A DNA stretch of 64,000 nucleotides from a virus (IMGVR_UViG_3300017788_000010), one strand, 5' to 3'; numbered from the stretch's first letter, positions 34,220 through 44,459 are shown. The notes: generated from the sequence alone by a model not told the origin. Numbers and translations are program-made.

Positions 34220-35033
34220 GACACAGCCTCCGAATGCCTTCTTGTATAGATACTGTAGGTTTCCAAAACTGTAAAAAATAAGGATTAGGGGCGTTCTTTA
34301 TACCCCTCTGTAGGTTGTCCTCATTTTTAGCACTACTAATAATGCACGGAATGTTGGCTTGAATCAGCTGCGCTACCTCAGCTACCGTAGTCCAGACATG
34401 ACTTGTAATATCTAAAAACTCGTCTTTGTTCAAGTTTTGATGATTGCTACACCAGAACGCAATAGCCTGTGCACAATCATCCACGTGAAGAAACTGCCTA
34501 GCCTCCGCTCCTGACGTACGCATCTTAATAACACCGTCGCGTTTAGCCATGCTAATAAAATCAGTGATGACGTGGCTCTTCGGAGAATCGGGGTCTTCAT
34601 AGCCGTAAGCGTTCCAAAACCGACAGGTCCATCCACCAAGAGACTGTGTATATCGTTCGCCTATAAGCTTCAGCGGGCCGTAGTTAGTATGCAACATATT
34701 AGCCATCTGGCTCGAAGCAAACAGGAACGGTTTTTTTGCTTTTTCTAAGGCACTAAACGTCAAGGACATTAACATCGAGTTTTCGTGTATATAAGAAAAC
34801 TGGCTGTCTCGTTCTGATAGATACTTACTTCCGCCAACCTCAAACGCTAGGAAAACCACCGCGTCGCACTCGGCGGTTGCTTGACACAGTCGGTCGTAAT
34901 TAGCGACCAAAGATAGATCTTCATCCGCCCCTCGAACTTTATCCCATTGTGCTACTACGTGCCCAAGGGATTCAAGGTGGGCGACTAAGGGTTTTCCTAT
35001 CTGACCACACGACCCGAGTACCAAAACCTTCAT
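34212..35033 (-). CDS. NAD(P)-binding sugar-nucleotide reductase/epimerase (RmlD-like), 273 aa
   Basis: N-terminal VLVLGSCGQIG Rossmann motif. Short-SDR length is typical of 4-keto-6-deoxy-sugar reductases. Confidence 0.6.
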   Translation of the reverse strand: MKVLVLGSCGQIGKPLVAHLESLGHVVAQWDKVRGADEDLSLVANYDRLCQATAECDAVVFLAFEVGGSKYLSERDSQFSYIHENSMLMSLTFSALEKAKKPFLFASSQMANMLHTNYGPLKLIGERYTQSLGGWTCRFWNAYGYEDPDSPKSHVITDFISMAKRDGVIKMRTSGAEARQFLHVDDCAQAIAFWCSNHQNLNKDEFLDITSHVWTTVAEVAQLIQANIPCIISSAKNEDNLQRGIKNAPNPYFLQFWKPTVSIQEGIRRLCHD

Positions 35034-35890
35034 TGTACACCTCCTAAGCGCTCAAAGCAGTTAACACGCATCCACTTATCAGGAGACGCGTATTCTCTAA
35101 ACCGCATAAAGTTGTCTTCTATGGCAGCCATTCTACTCATATAGTCTTCTGTAGAAAGTGACTGCAGGATAGTTACTAACTGATCAATTGTCGAAAAGAC
35201 TATCACACCTAATGGATTGAATATCTCCTGAATATTAGGGCAGCCCCAAAAAATAGGGACTGTTCCCGTTGCAAAACAATCGACAATCTTATCGGTAAAA
35301 TAATCTGTCACAGAACTGTTCTCTATAACTATGCTGTAGCAATAATCCTTGAACGGCATTAAGCGGCCTTCGTCTGTGTGCGGAAACGGGTTGTAGCCGC
35401 TTCCGTACAGCTCCGGGCACTTACCAACAGACCGTAAATACCGAATCACGTCGTGCCGCATCTGGTGTCCAGGGGCGTAGTTCTTATTAGAGGCCACCAT
35501 GGACAACATCTTGGATTTGTCGTAGATACGGCAGTTTGGTTCGGATATCCAGCACGCGCCGTAGCGCATCCTTTTGTACCTGTTGCCCCGCTTTAAAAGT
35601 ACTGGGTCGTGCGTGTATATTTCAGTAAACTGTGATTCAATAGCCGGTATTATGTTATAACCGTAGGGCTTAACTACTCGCGGCTCCATAAGCCAGGCAA
35701 CTTTGTGACGACTTTCGCACTCCAGCGCCTCTATATTACCAAGCTGCTCATCAGCGACAACAGTAACCCCGTCATACGAAGAGAGCGGCGGTCGTATGTA
35801 TTCTAGCTTGTGATCGGGCCACCACACATTCGCATAAGCATCTTTTTGTGGGATGGTTGTGCAGAACAGATTTACTTTAAACTTATCCAT
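35030..35890 (-). CDS. GT10-like alpha-1,3-fucosyltransferase family glycosyltransferase
   Basis: Segment FKDYCYSIVIENSSVTDYFTDKIVDCF matches the GT10 acceptor/donor motif (Y-x-F-x-L-x-FENS ... DY-x-TEK). Confidence 0.6.
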   Translation of the reverse strand: MDKFKVNLFCTTIPQKDAYANVWWPDHKLEYIRPPLSSYDGVTVVADEQLGNIEALECESRHKVAWLMEPRVVKPYGYNIIPAIESQFTEIYTHDPVLLKRGNRYKRMRYGACWISEPNCRIYDKSKMLSMVASNKNYAPGHQMRHDVIRYLRSVGKCPELYGSGYNPFPHTDEGRLMPFKDYCYSIVIENSSVTDYFTDKIVDCFATGTVPIFWGCPNIQEIFNPLGVIVFSTIDQLVTILQSLSTEDYMSRMAAIEDNFMRFREYASPDKWMRVNCFERLGGVQ

Positions 35891-36578
35891 AAAGATTCAT
35901 GTAGTCTTCTAAAACAATATCAACTTTAGGTCCGGTTCCGTACTTATTCAGGCCAGCGTAGTGAATAAAATCCGCCTTATAGCGTGCACGCTCCGGATCA
36001 GCCTTACCTAGGTGCATTCGATTGAACGCATACTCAAGATTACTAAAGGAAGCGCCTCGTTCTACGGACAGACAGTTTAGATATGTCTGATCTCCACAAA
36101 CCCACAAATTTCCTGAGTGGTGGCGCAGAGCATCCTTGTGATCTCTTAAGAACCCTGCGCTTATTGAAGACAGCACATACACACCTGTATTGAAATACCG
36201 CCTTCTCCCATTATGTTCTACAGGCCAAGGTATCTTTGGGTTGGTGCCATCAATCCATGGGTCCCTGTTCATATCAGCATAGTCTAGGTTCTCGTGCAGC
36301 GCGTAAAACCGTGTAGGATCCGAATGATGATGAAAGATGTTTCTAGCTGTAGGCGTAACAAGAATATCCAGATCAACCACAGCTACTTGACGGTACTTAT
36401 CTAAATGATCCAATACCTGTAGCCGCTCAAAATAGACGTTCTGCCAGTTGATTCTAGGTTGTGTCGCAACGATTAGATCAAGATCGTACTTTTGACAATA
36501 TTCCTCATACGTCCTCATAGAGGCCGCGTAAATAGGATTATCTCCCCCGATCTTTACCGTAAATAATGCGTTTCTCAT
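35883..36578 (-). CDS. GT8-like nucleotide-diphospho-sugar transferase
   Basis: D-x-D (VVDLDIL), FNTGVYVLS (GT8 FNxGVxxxN) and a C-terminal H-x-x-G...K motif. Confidence 0.55.
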   Translation of the reverse strand: MRNALFTVKIGGDNPIYAASMRTYEEYCQKYDLDLIVATQPRINWQNVYFERLQVLDHLDKYRQVAVVDLDILVTPTARNIFHHHSDPTRFYALHENLDYADMNRDPWIDGTNPKIPWPVEHNGRRRYFNTGVYVLSSISAGFLRDHKDALRHHSGNLWVCGDQTYLNCLSVERGASFSNLEYAFNRMHLGKADPERARYKADFIHYAGLNKYGTGPKVDIVLEDYMNLYG

Positions 36579-37351
36579 AAATCAATCACAGTAGAACTCG
36601 CTACTACCTTATCCCACTCACGAGGTGTTAGCATCTCGACGGTACTAGTAGTCACAGGATTAACCTGTCCTCTATGCTGATTGAGCTCTCTATGACTTAG
36701 ATGGAGTAGTTCGTTCTTACTTCTTGTGATACAAAACGAATTACTACGTAATCTTTCTGTAAACTCTGAATCCACGGCCCAGTTTTGATGCGCTAATAAA
36801 TAACCACCAACACGTAGATACTCGTCTTTCCTTATTAACAAAAAATCTCCTTGAGCGCCTGGGTGTGTTTGTCCACGAACCAGTTGCCTGTGTTCGTTAA
36901 CTAACGTGTCAAGAGGGAGTGCTACAGAAGAGTACGGGATCTCTGTCCTATTGGAAATCACTGCTTGCAGCATATCAGGCAATACGTTCTCACATGCCGT
37001 GTAGATGAGATCGTTATTACCAACCAAAACATGGGTAGTGCATACGTACTGTATCGCCAGGTGCTTGGCTACGTACTCATGAAAGTTGATCTTTCGGTGG
37101 CCTTGAATCTCTTTAGTAACCGCGTAAGGAACCGTTACGATTCTAACGTTAACAAAGCCATCAAAAAAAGAGCGCACAGGCTGTCTATCTTCAGCCGTTC
37201 CCCAATCAACTACAACAATAGGGCAATATCGGTAATGTTTACGGAAGCTGGTGGCGGTTAACAAGGTCTTTTTGATAGACTCGTTATCGATACCTAGCTC
37301 GCAAGCATAGGTATCGTTTCTAGTCGCCAGCACAAGGGTGACAGCAGACAT
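36575..37351 (-). CDS. Hypothetical protein (probable GT-A-fold transferase), 258 aa
   Basis: Embedded and translationally coupled within the glycan cluster. No definitive motif recognised. Confidence 0.4.
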   Translation of the reverse strand: MSAVTLVLATRNDTYACELGIDNESIKKTLLTATSFRKHYRYCPIVVVDWGTAEDRQPVRSFFDGFVNVRIVTVPYAVTKEIQGHRKINFHEYVAKHLAIQYVCTTHVLVGNNDLIYTACENVLPDMLQAVISNRTEIPYSSVALPLDTLVNEHRQLVRGQTHPGAQGDFLLIRKDEYLRVGGYLLAHQNWAVDSEFTERLRSNSFCITRSKNELLHLSHRELNQHRGQVNPVTTSTVEMLTPREWDKVVASSTVIDL

Positions 37352-37355
37352 TTCT

Positions 37356-37958
37356 TCAGACCTCAGAGACTTTCCTCAAAATGGTTAGTCCATTGTTCGT
37401 CGGGATCGTACAATACTCCCACTTAAACTTGGATTCTTTGAGGAATTCTTGCAGCCCGCCCCACGGTCCTTGTCCACCAAACTCATGGTCAGCCGGTAAC
37501 GTGGATGTGTTGTATTTAGGCATAGTATCTCCCCACATTAGATCATGCATGAGGATTAGCCCGTTAACGCTCAGCTTGTCTTCAAGAAGAAGCAGTTCTT
37601 TTTTAACGTGAGGTGTTGAGTGCCAATCATCAACAAACACTAGGTCATACTCTAGGTCATCAATAGATAGAAAGGCTATAGCCTCTTGCTGGATGAACGT
37701 CCAATACGGAGCGAGCTCTGTCGGAGGTCTGTATTGTGTGGGTTCAATATCTACAGAAAATACATGCCCTTCGGTTATAGCTGCAGCAAGCAAAAGAGGT
37801 TTGGTTGTGATTCCTCGGCGAACGCCTAGCTCTAGGATATTCTTCGCTCCAATTGATACACTAATGGACATAAGTGTAGCAAGATGGTGCGAGGTGTCGT
37901 CCATCCCCTGCTCGCTGACCTTAATAACATCTACGATATGTTCGGTTAAGATCTTCAT
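37356..37958 (-). CDS. Class I SAM-dependent methyltransferase
   Basis: Motif I ILELGVRRGITT plus acidic motif II/III (LVFVDD). Confidence 0.6.
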   Translation of the reverse strand: MKILTEHIVDVIKVSEQGMDDTSHHLATLMSISVSIGAKNILELGVRRGITTKPLLLAAAITEGHVFSVDIEPTQYRPPTELAPYWTFIQQEAIAFLSIDDLEYDLVFVDDWHSTPHVKKELLLLEDKLSVNGLILMHDLMWGDTMPKYNTSTLPADHEFGGQGPWGGLQEFLKESKFKWEYCTIPTNNGLTILRKVSEV

Positions 37959-38524
37959 CGAATAACCACCAATCTATCGTCGTTGCGCCCGTTAACCGCA
38001 GTAAGGTCAATCATCTCAGCTGTTCGGTTACTGGGCAGGTTTTGTTTAATCAACTTTAACCACCCCGCGGGGTCCGCGGGAGGTATGTCTTCAATTATCA
38101 TAATACCGTCCTTCTGCAATCGAGGGAGGAAGGCCTCTACCATAAAAACAATATCATATATGTGATGGCTTCCATCATCAACAATGATATCGAATAAGGT
38201 GTTATTGTTCTCAAAATAGCTAAGTACCTCTGGATCATGGATATTAGCTAAGATAAACTTGTATCTGTCAGACACGTACTTAGGTAGGCGCTTATCAACT
38301 ATATCAACACCGTAAAACGTGCCTGTAAAAAACTCTGTCCAGCTATGCAGGCTGCCTCCTCGGTCCACTCCTATCTCTAAAAGAGTTACCGGTGCTTTAG
38401 TGTATGAGGCCAATAAGCGATCATAGCTTTCGCCATAAACATGACCTAAAGCAAGGCCCTCAATATACCCGGAGTTTTTATCCGTGCCGTCGGCGTTCTT
38501 TTCAAAAATCTGTGATAACTTCAT
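37955..38524 (-). CDS. SAM-dependent methyltransferase (FkbM-like), probable sugar O-methyltransferase
   Basis: Motif I LLEIGVDRGGS and motif DIIVDDGSH. Confidence 0.6.
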   Translation of the reverse strand: MKLSQIFEKNADGTDKNSGYIEGLALGHVYGESYDRLLASYTKAPVTLLEIGVDRGGSLHSWTEFFTGTFYGVDIVDKRLPKYVSDRYKFILANIHDPEVLSYFENNNTLFDIIVDDGSHHIYDIVFMVEAFLPRLQKDGIMIIEDIPPADPAGWLKLIKQNLPSNRTAEMIDLTAVNGRNDDRLVVIR

Positions 38525-39306
38525 CCGGGAAACATCATTCCTTTCTGTAAAAAACGCTCGTAGTTAGTGCGTAAGTACGCAGGGTATTCTTCTTTGTGTA
38601 TATCGATCCGCTTTAGAACAAAATCGGGTCGATCAAATGGATCTCTAAAATTACGCATACGGGCGCGTATGGCTGTCAAGTCTGTAAAGCGCTCTAGATT
38701 ATACTCGCTATGAGCAAATGTCTTTATTTTAGTACTTATGGCCTCTGCTCCTCCTTGAAAGGAGAAGTGCCATCCCGCGTCTTTAAACGGAAGTAGTGAG
38801 TGCCGTTGTTGCCGATACCAATCGGGTCTTTGCATATCTTTTCGTCTAAAAACCGTGGTAGTAAGCTGCTGACGATGATTGCCTGGTTGCTCAACTGAGA
38901 CATCCAGATAATAGTAGCAGCAGCGATGACACAGTACTATGTCCTCATCAGCTTTGGCAACTTGTTTAAGTTTTAGCGGGTTGGGGATCTCATCCACGTC
39001 AGAGACCATAATTACAGCGTCGTCTGGTAGATTAACTAGTCCACGCTCACAGGCGTTACGCATATGTCTTTCAGCTAACCAAAAATCTGCGTTAATAGGC
39101 GCATCGTCTACCACAACGTGCGTAATACGATCTCGAAAGTCAGAAAACCTGTCCTGATTATTCTTGAATATGAGGTCTTTCGAAAGACCTGATTGCGTAG
39201 TCAGGCTCTCTACTAACACAAAACGATCTACGGTGTTTTTTAGAACGTTGAGCCGTATCTCTAAGATATCCAGCTCGTTAAAGAACTGAAAACAATCTAC
39301 TATCAT
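38521..39306 (-). CDS. GT17-like glycosyltransferase (beta-1,4-GlcNAc-transferase family)
   Basis: N-terminal DCFQFFNELDILEIRL is the hallmark start of Glyco_transf_17 family proteins. D-x-D at MVSDVDE. Confidence 0.5.
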   Translation of the reverse strand: MIVDCFQFFNELDILEIRLNVLKNTVDRFVLVESLTTQSGLSKDLIFKNNQDRFSDFRDRITHVVVDDAPINADFWLAERHMRNACERGLVNLPDDAVIMVSDVDEIPNPLKLKQVAKADEDIVLCHRCCYYYLDVSVEQPGNHRQQLTTTVFRRKDMQRPDWYRQQRHSLLPFKDAGWHFSFQGGAEAISTKIKTFAHSEYNLERFTDLTAIRARMRNFRDPFDRPDFVLKRIDIHKEEYPAYLRTNYERFLQKGMMFPG

Positions 39307-39929
39307 CTACCTTCTCCATTACTTCCGAATAATCTCGGTCTAATTAAGTATATCGGCTCTTCCAACCACCCTACCGTAAATCCTGCTTTTTTACAAAGAC
39401 ATATGTGCCAATAGTCTGTGTAATCTACAGCGGTAAAGAAGTGGCTGTCTACAAGATTATATGGTACATGAGCAAATACAGACGCTCTATATGTAGGAAT
39501 AACGACATTTGTGCGTATCAAGCCTTTACTAGCGGCGCCGGGACCGCAGCGAACAGTGCCGTCCGCTAATTGAGCCCCTGGTATCCATATATCTATATCA
39601 GGAAACCGGGCAAACCTGTTCAATAGAATGTCCGAGGCGCCCGCAATCAGCTCGTCATCGTCGTCTAGAAACGTTACAAACTCTGAATCAGCTAAAGCAA
39701 TGGCGGCGTTAGCGGCTATACAGCCGTAATGCCCGTACGATCTAGGTACGCGTAGTATATTTGCTTCTGTAGCACATACGGCTTCAAAAAGCGTTGTATT
39801 AGAAGAATCCACAGTAACGCCGTCCAGCACTACAGTAACCGGTAACTTGTTTTGCTTACACGACTCAATTGAAGATAAAAGAGTGGGCCTAAGCAGGCTT
39901 CTTATGATCACAGTTGTTTTAGAAGTCAT
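39303..39929 (-). CDS. GT2 family glycosyltransferase
   Basis: TVVIRSL ... FLDDDDEL (GT-A D-x-D). Confidence 0.55.
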   Translation of the reverse strand: MTSKTTVIIRSLLRPTLLSSIESCKQNKLPVTVVLDGVTVDSSNTTLFEAVCATEANILRVPRSYGHYGCIAANAAIALADSEFVTFLDDDDELIAGASDILLNRFARFPDIDIWIPGAQLADGTVRCGPGAASKGLIRTNVVIPTYRASVFAHVPYNLVDSHFFTAVDYTDYWHICLCKKAGFTVGWLEEPIYLIRPRLFGSNGEGR

Positions 39930-40623
39930 TCGGTTGAAGCTTTCTAGCGAGGTCCGCTCTTATGCGATCAAAATACACGTTTGTTTTGGGTTGGTCTCTA
40001 GCAGGTATCCATTCCTCGCCTTGGTACATAATCTTGGTTTGTGTGTTACAGGAGATGTCAAAAACATGCTGCCACATAACGTCACGCGCAATAACGATCT
40101 TCCAGCCAGCGACTACAGCACGTAGCTGCAGCTCAACCTCATCTGCAAGAGGAGAAGCTACAGGATCGTACATTCCGATCTCGTCCAGCATCTTTTTTCT
40201 AAACGCTATCAAGAAGCCTTGGACAGCTGTACCGTCCACGCATTTTTCAGAATAGCTAAGTGGCTTAAGCCGGCCCTCAGCAACGCCAACTATACCTACA
40301 CGAGGATCATTAAATTCCTCCAGGATCTTTTCATAAGTATCGTCTCCAACGCGACAATCGTCGTTAAGCGCCACCACGACATCGCCTGTACACAGCGACA
40401 TTCCGATATTAAAGGCTTTAGCGCATCCTACGTTCTGAGAACACCTGACCCATCTAGCCACCGGTGCGGATCTGACATAATCAGTAATACCGTCAGACAC
40501 GTTCCCGTAGTTGTTTATGACCACAACAAGTTCAGCGGGTATTGTAGATTCTTTTATATCACCGACAACGTTTTGGATGTTCCTTAGGCTTTTATAACCT
40601 ATCGTCGCAACAGACAGCTTCAT
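39919..40623 (-). CDS. GT2 family glycosyltransferase
   Basis: VVVINNYGN ... ALNDDCRV. Start set at Met 22, which gives an ATGA overlap with the upstream gene. Confidence 0.55.
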   Translation of the reverse strand: MKLSVATIGYKSLRNIQNVVGDIKESTIPAELVVVINNYGNVSDGITDYVRSAPVARWVRCSQNVGCAKAFNIGMSLCTGDVVVALNDDCRVGDDTYEKILEEFNDPRVGIVGVAEGRLKPLSYSEKCVDGTAVQGFLIAFRKKMLDEIGMYDPVASPLADEVELQLRAVVAGWKIVIARDVMWQHVFDISCNTQTKIMYQGEEWIPARDQPKTNVYFDRIRADLARKLQPNDF

Positions 40624-41591
40624 AGTAGTTTTCTGATTACCTCTATTGAATAATCTGCCAGGGCTACGGGGTCGAGGTTCTCGCACTCTAGGTTACACCT
40701 ATCAGACTGGCTGACGCCTCCGAACACCTCTGTGTAGTAAGATCGACACTTAAACCTACATGGTAGGTGTAGATGATCAGGATAAAACGCGGTCTGCAAT
40801 TTGAAAAACTCCGCCTTGTTTACCAATGTTCCAGTAAAAAGAATTACCGGCTTCTTCAAAAAGTTAAAGACGTTGTGAATGCCGCCATCAGACATTATTC
40901 CTAAATCCGAGGACCAGCAGTAATCAACTATATTCGACAAACCTTTAATAGGCGGGACGTATGTTCCGTCAATACCTAAGGGTTCCTCAGCTAAGTACTC
41001 AATGGTTACTAAATCACCTAACGCCGCGGTTATTCGCTCCGCTAGGATTTTCCAGGAGTCAAGCTTATATCGTAGACCTACGCCGTTACAGCCTGGATGA
41101 GGAGAAGGCCGTCCTGCTAGCTTAGTTGCGGGCACAAGAACTAGTTTGAACCTGTCTCCGGGCTGACGTGTTTTTACGGGACGTAGAAGAGGCGTAAAAT
41201 CAAAATCCGAGAAAACCTCCTCCTCTAGCCCTAATTGTAATAGGTAGTTTGTAGTCAATATGTTAGCTGTCGGATGATCAAACAGCTTTCTAGAGTACTG
41301 CTTCCAAAACTTGAACAATAGCGGATGCCACGCCGGATACACAGTCTTAGTATCGGAATACTGAGACTGTGTCGACAGCGCGGCTTGTTTGTAGTCGCTA
41401 AGCGGTGTACTAAGCTCGGCTGCTGTAGGAGCCCGGGATGGGTCTTTAAGAATGTCCCGAATATTCTGATCCGCCACAACGGTAACATCAGTGCCGTACA
41501 CCTTACGCAAGAGCGGCGGTATAAATGTAGTTACTACCGAGTCTCCGATATTATTCGGATATAGCCAGCTAGGCGCTACTAACTCAATCAT
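40620..41591 (-). CDS. Hypothetical glycan-cluster protein (323 aa)
   Basis: Coupled within the cluster. No confident motif. Confidence 0.4.
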   Translation of the reverse strand: MIELVAPSWLYPNNIGDSVVTTFIPPLLRKVYGTDVTVVADQNIRDILKDPSRAPTAAELSTPLSDYKQAALSTQSQYSDTKTVYPAWHPLLFKFWKQYSRKLFDHPTANILTTNYLLQLGLEEEVFSDFDFTPLLRPVKTRQPGDRFKLVLVPATKLAGRPSPHPGCNGVGLRYKLDSWKILAERITAALGDLVTIEYLAEEPLGIDGTYVPPIKGLSNIVDYCWSSDLGIMSDGGIHNVFNFLKKPVILFTGTLVNKAEFFKLQTAFYPDHLHLPCRFKCRSYYTEVFGGVSQSDRCNLECENLDPVALADYSIEVIRKLL

Positions 41592-42337
41592 AACACAACA
41601 GCGGTTCGTAGCGGCTTATTATAGCTATCCTGAGCACAACTAGCTTGCTCAAAATAACGCAGGCTTGCCTCATGCAACGGGTTTGTGCCGTTGTATACCA
41701 CTAAGTTTTTTTGTATAAACACTACCGAAGAGCTGCCAGCCATCTCAAAGATAGGTAAACATATAACAACGTCCGGTGCGGCAGTAAAATATTCACCATT
41801 GTCGTCTCTAAGATGCTTATCTTCTAGATGCTTAGTATAGCCTACACGAAACGTTCTAAGATGAGAAAACGGCCACCCATTTTTCTTCAAATCACGCCGT
41901 AGATTAGACCAATCAGGAACACGACAACAAGAAGGTATTCCTCTATCATCTACGTAGTTTCCGTAGGTTGCGCCCGCTCCTGTGTCTCGGTACACATAAT
42001 GTACTGTAGATACAGCGGCTTTTGTACTAAACCAATCATCCCCATCTAGTTGCGCAATAACATCATAGTCAGTGCCGAGTTCTCGGGCTTTAGCAAATCC
42101 ATCTAGTTGCGACTGTATAGGGCCTAGATTCTTTTCGTGTGTAATAACAATTTGTCTAGGCCCACTATATTTTTTGATCTCGTCGGCTGTCTTATCAGTA
42201 GACCCGTCATCGATTATGATGTGGTGAATTTCAAAATCGTCTGTTATCTGCTCATTAACAGATTGGATACATTTACCTATATAGGCTTCTGCATTATATG
42301 TACCTGACACAACAAAATACTTCTTAGGTGCCTGCAT
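41588..42337 (-). CDS. GT2 family glycosyltransferase
   Basis: YFVVSGTYNAEAYIGKCIQS ... HIIIDDGSTDKT ... LDGDDWF. Confidence 0.65.
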   Translation of the reverse strand: MQAPKKYFVVSGTYNAEAYIGKCIQSVNEQITDDFEIHHIIIDDGSTDKTADEIKKYSGPRQIVITHEKNLGPIQSQLDGFAKARELGTDYDVIAQLDGDDWFSTKAAVSTVHYVYRDTGAGATYGNYVDDRGIPSCCRVPDWSNLRRDLKKNGWPFSHLRTFRVGYTKHLEDKHLRDDNGEYFTAAPDVVICLPIFEMAGSSSVVFIQKNLVVYNGTNPLHEASLRYFEQASCAQDSYNKPLRTAVVL

Positions 42338-42908
42338 GTATTTTCTTTCTGTTAACTCTACTTGCTTGAGTATGCAGTATTACGGGGTTGGGTACTGTCG
42401 CTAATCCGCTTATCCACACATATTCTTCAGGTATATTCAACCAGTCGTAGGACCCGGCCTCGATTATTTTTTGTAGTGTTTTCTGATCCCATGTTCCCGG
42501 CTCGGTTTTGTTACGGGAATCCCACAAAGCTACCAAGTCTTTACATGTTTCTGTATTAGGTAAATAAAGCGTGCCTGACAAAAGCTCTACTCCTCTGAAA
42601 TAGTGAAAGGCTATATCACACTCAGGGAATCTATCAAACAATGTGGGATAGCTAAGTACGCGGGCGTCTGAATCTAGGTACACTACAGGGCCTGTAATCT
42701 CTTCTAGAGCTTTACACAACACCGCGCTCTTGAGCTGTGTATTTCTTTCCCAGGAACCAGTAGATACCACAGCATATTCCTTATGAATAAGCTTGTGCTT
42801 ATCTAATGTTTCAACTAGTTTTTTTGATTCTGCTTCATACGGAGTATTGATAGTGTAAAAAGATACGTAGGTCGGCTTAGTCGTCATACCCACCAAAATC
42901 TTCAACAC
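42324..42908 (-). CDS. Nucleotide-diphospho-sugar transferase-like protein (194 aa)
   Basis: VVYLDSDARV (D-x-D) in a GT-A-like context. First gene of the leftward cluster. Confidence 0.45.
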   Translation of the reverse strand: MLKILVGMTTKPTYVSFYTINTPYEAESKKLVETLDKHKLIHKEYAVVSTGSWERNTQLKSAVLCKALEEITGPVVYLDSDARVLSYPTLFDRFPECDIAFHYFRGVELLSGTLYLPNTETCKDLVALWDSRNKTEPGTWDQKTLQKIIEAGSYDWLNIPEEYVWISGLATVPNPVILHTQASRVNRKKIHAGT

Positions 42909-43094
42909 CTATTTTGTCTTTTGGGCGAAACGTTAGTACCCGTCCGGTCTTCAATACTATCTGAACGGACGTTTCACTTATTCTAGTTACCTCTAAAACA
43001 CGTACGGCCACACCATCCTCTCGGATAACGTCGCCTGCAAGAACATCCTCTGCTTGAATCAACTTCGCCATACAAACTACCTAAACTCCAAAAA

Positions 43095-43111
43095 AATGTG
43101 TCATAAGATAT
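43095..43111 (+). promoter_or_regulatory. Conserved promoter-like motif ATGTGTCATAAGATATC (copy 4)
   Basis: Motif copy in the divergent region between the glycan cluster and the plus-strand genes. Confidence 0.45.
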
Positions 43112-43394
43112 CTGATGATCCTGGATTATGTGATGTACGTATGCTCCGAGGCTGTCGTCTAATTCCTAGCTCTATGCACAAGCTGGGATCAGATATAAGC
43201 TTTGTTCTAGCAGCACTGTCCAGGGAATTCACTACGGCCCGCGCATCCGCCTTTTCTTTAGGCGTAGTCTCCGCCAATAGCGTGATCATGGCCGCCACAA
43301 GGCTGTCCCTGTGCGCATTAAGCGCAGCGATCACTTCCGTTAGCGCGGCGTACTTTTCACAATGCTCAGTAAAATGAGTTGTTCTGGTAGTCAT
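43101..43394 (-). CDS. Hypothetical helical protein (97 aa)
   Basis: More protein-like than the overlapping plus ORF 43054..43377. No clear SD. Confidence 0.3.
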   Translation of the reverse strand: MTTRTTHFTEHCEKYAALTEVIAALNAHRDSLVAAMITLLAETTPKEKADARAVVNSLDSAARTKLISDPSLCIELGIRRQPRSIRTSHNPGSSDIL

Positions 43395-43639
43395 TTGTAG
43401 GGTCTTTCTGCTACGTCTTACTGAAGTATAGTAGCGAGCGGCCTTGCTTTGTTTAAAAAACCCAAATTATTTGCTCATCGGTATTGAGAGATTTCAACCT
43501 ATAATATAGGCGCTTTATTGTGGCTTATATCGATAGGAAGAAATAACCTCCGTGCAAGTGCAGCGCTTGCCGAAACTGTAACCCGCCAGCATCCAAAAGA
43601 CCGGCATGTCTTTAAGGTATAAAAGACATCGCCTAAGCG

Positions 43640-44437
43640 ATGAGTAGCTTAACCCTTTCCATTCATAGCGACCTTCATCTTGAATTTGATGACGAGGCTG
43701 GACACGAGTTCGACCTTGACCTCACTGATGTAGACGTCCTTATCCTCGCAGGAGATATACACATGGGACGACAGGCCGTAACCTACTTAACAAAATGGGC
43801 GGCGCATGTACCCAACATTCTATATATAGCAGGAAACCACGAATACTATATGAATGACTTTGACAAACTTTTTCCAGATATAAAAACTATGGCGGCCGCT
43901 ATCCCCGGCGTGGTAGTTATGGAAAATGATGAGGTAATCATCAAAGGCACCAGGTTTCTCGGCTGCACTATGTGGACAGACATGCATCGCGGGTCGGTCA
44001 GAGCACTCCGCCTAGCAGAAGATCGCATGAATGATTACCATCTAGTACACCGTGGAAAAGCAAAGTTGCGAGGTAGGGACACCGTAAATCGCCACGACCA
44101 ATCAAAAGAGTGGCTAACCGGTAAACTAAAGCAGCCCTTCTCAGGCCCTACGGTGGTAATAACCCACCACCTACCCACACCGTTTGTAGTGGCTGAGGAA
44201 TTCAAACATGACTATTTGTCCGCGGCATACGCCTCTACTGATCTAGACCCGTTAATAACGGAATGTGATCTATGGGTCTTTGGTCATCAACACACAACTA
44301 CCTTGAAAACTGTTGACAGGGCAGATCAAGGTAAAACCATCCTCCTGTCAAATCCCCGCGGGTACTACCCGCAACGTCTCAACGAAAACTATGAGCAACG
44401 CCAACGCTTCCTCATCGAACCCCGGAAACAAGCCTAG
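43640..44437 (+). CDS. Calcineurin-like metallophosphoesterase
   Basis: Motifs DLH ... GD ... GNHE ... H-x-H (GHQH). Confidence 0.7.
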   Translation: MSSLTLSIHSDLHLEFDDEAGHEFDLDLTDVDVLILAGDIHMGRQAVTYLTKWAAHVPNILYIAGNHEYYMNDFDKLFPDIKTMAAAIPGVVVMENDEVIIKGTRFLGCTMWTDMHRGSVRALRLAEDRMNDYHLVHRGKAKLRGRDTVNRHDQSKEWLTGKLKQPFSGPTVVITHHLPTPFVVAEEFKHDYLSAAYASTDLDPLITECDLWVFGHQHTTTLKTVDRADQGKTILLSNPRGYYPQRLNENYEQRQRFLIEPRKQA

Positions 44438-44459
44438 CGGCGACAAAGAACTGAAACGG

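Noticed and set aside
43480-43560. Possible sigma-70 promoter (TTGAGA ... TATAAT) upstream of 43640
   Set aside because: The TATAAT hexamer is present, but the spacing to any -35-like hexamer is 10 nt, which is not compatible with a canonical promoter. The nearby ATGTCTTT/AAAGACAT hairpin is noted but not called.
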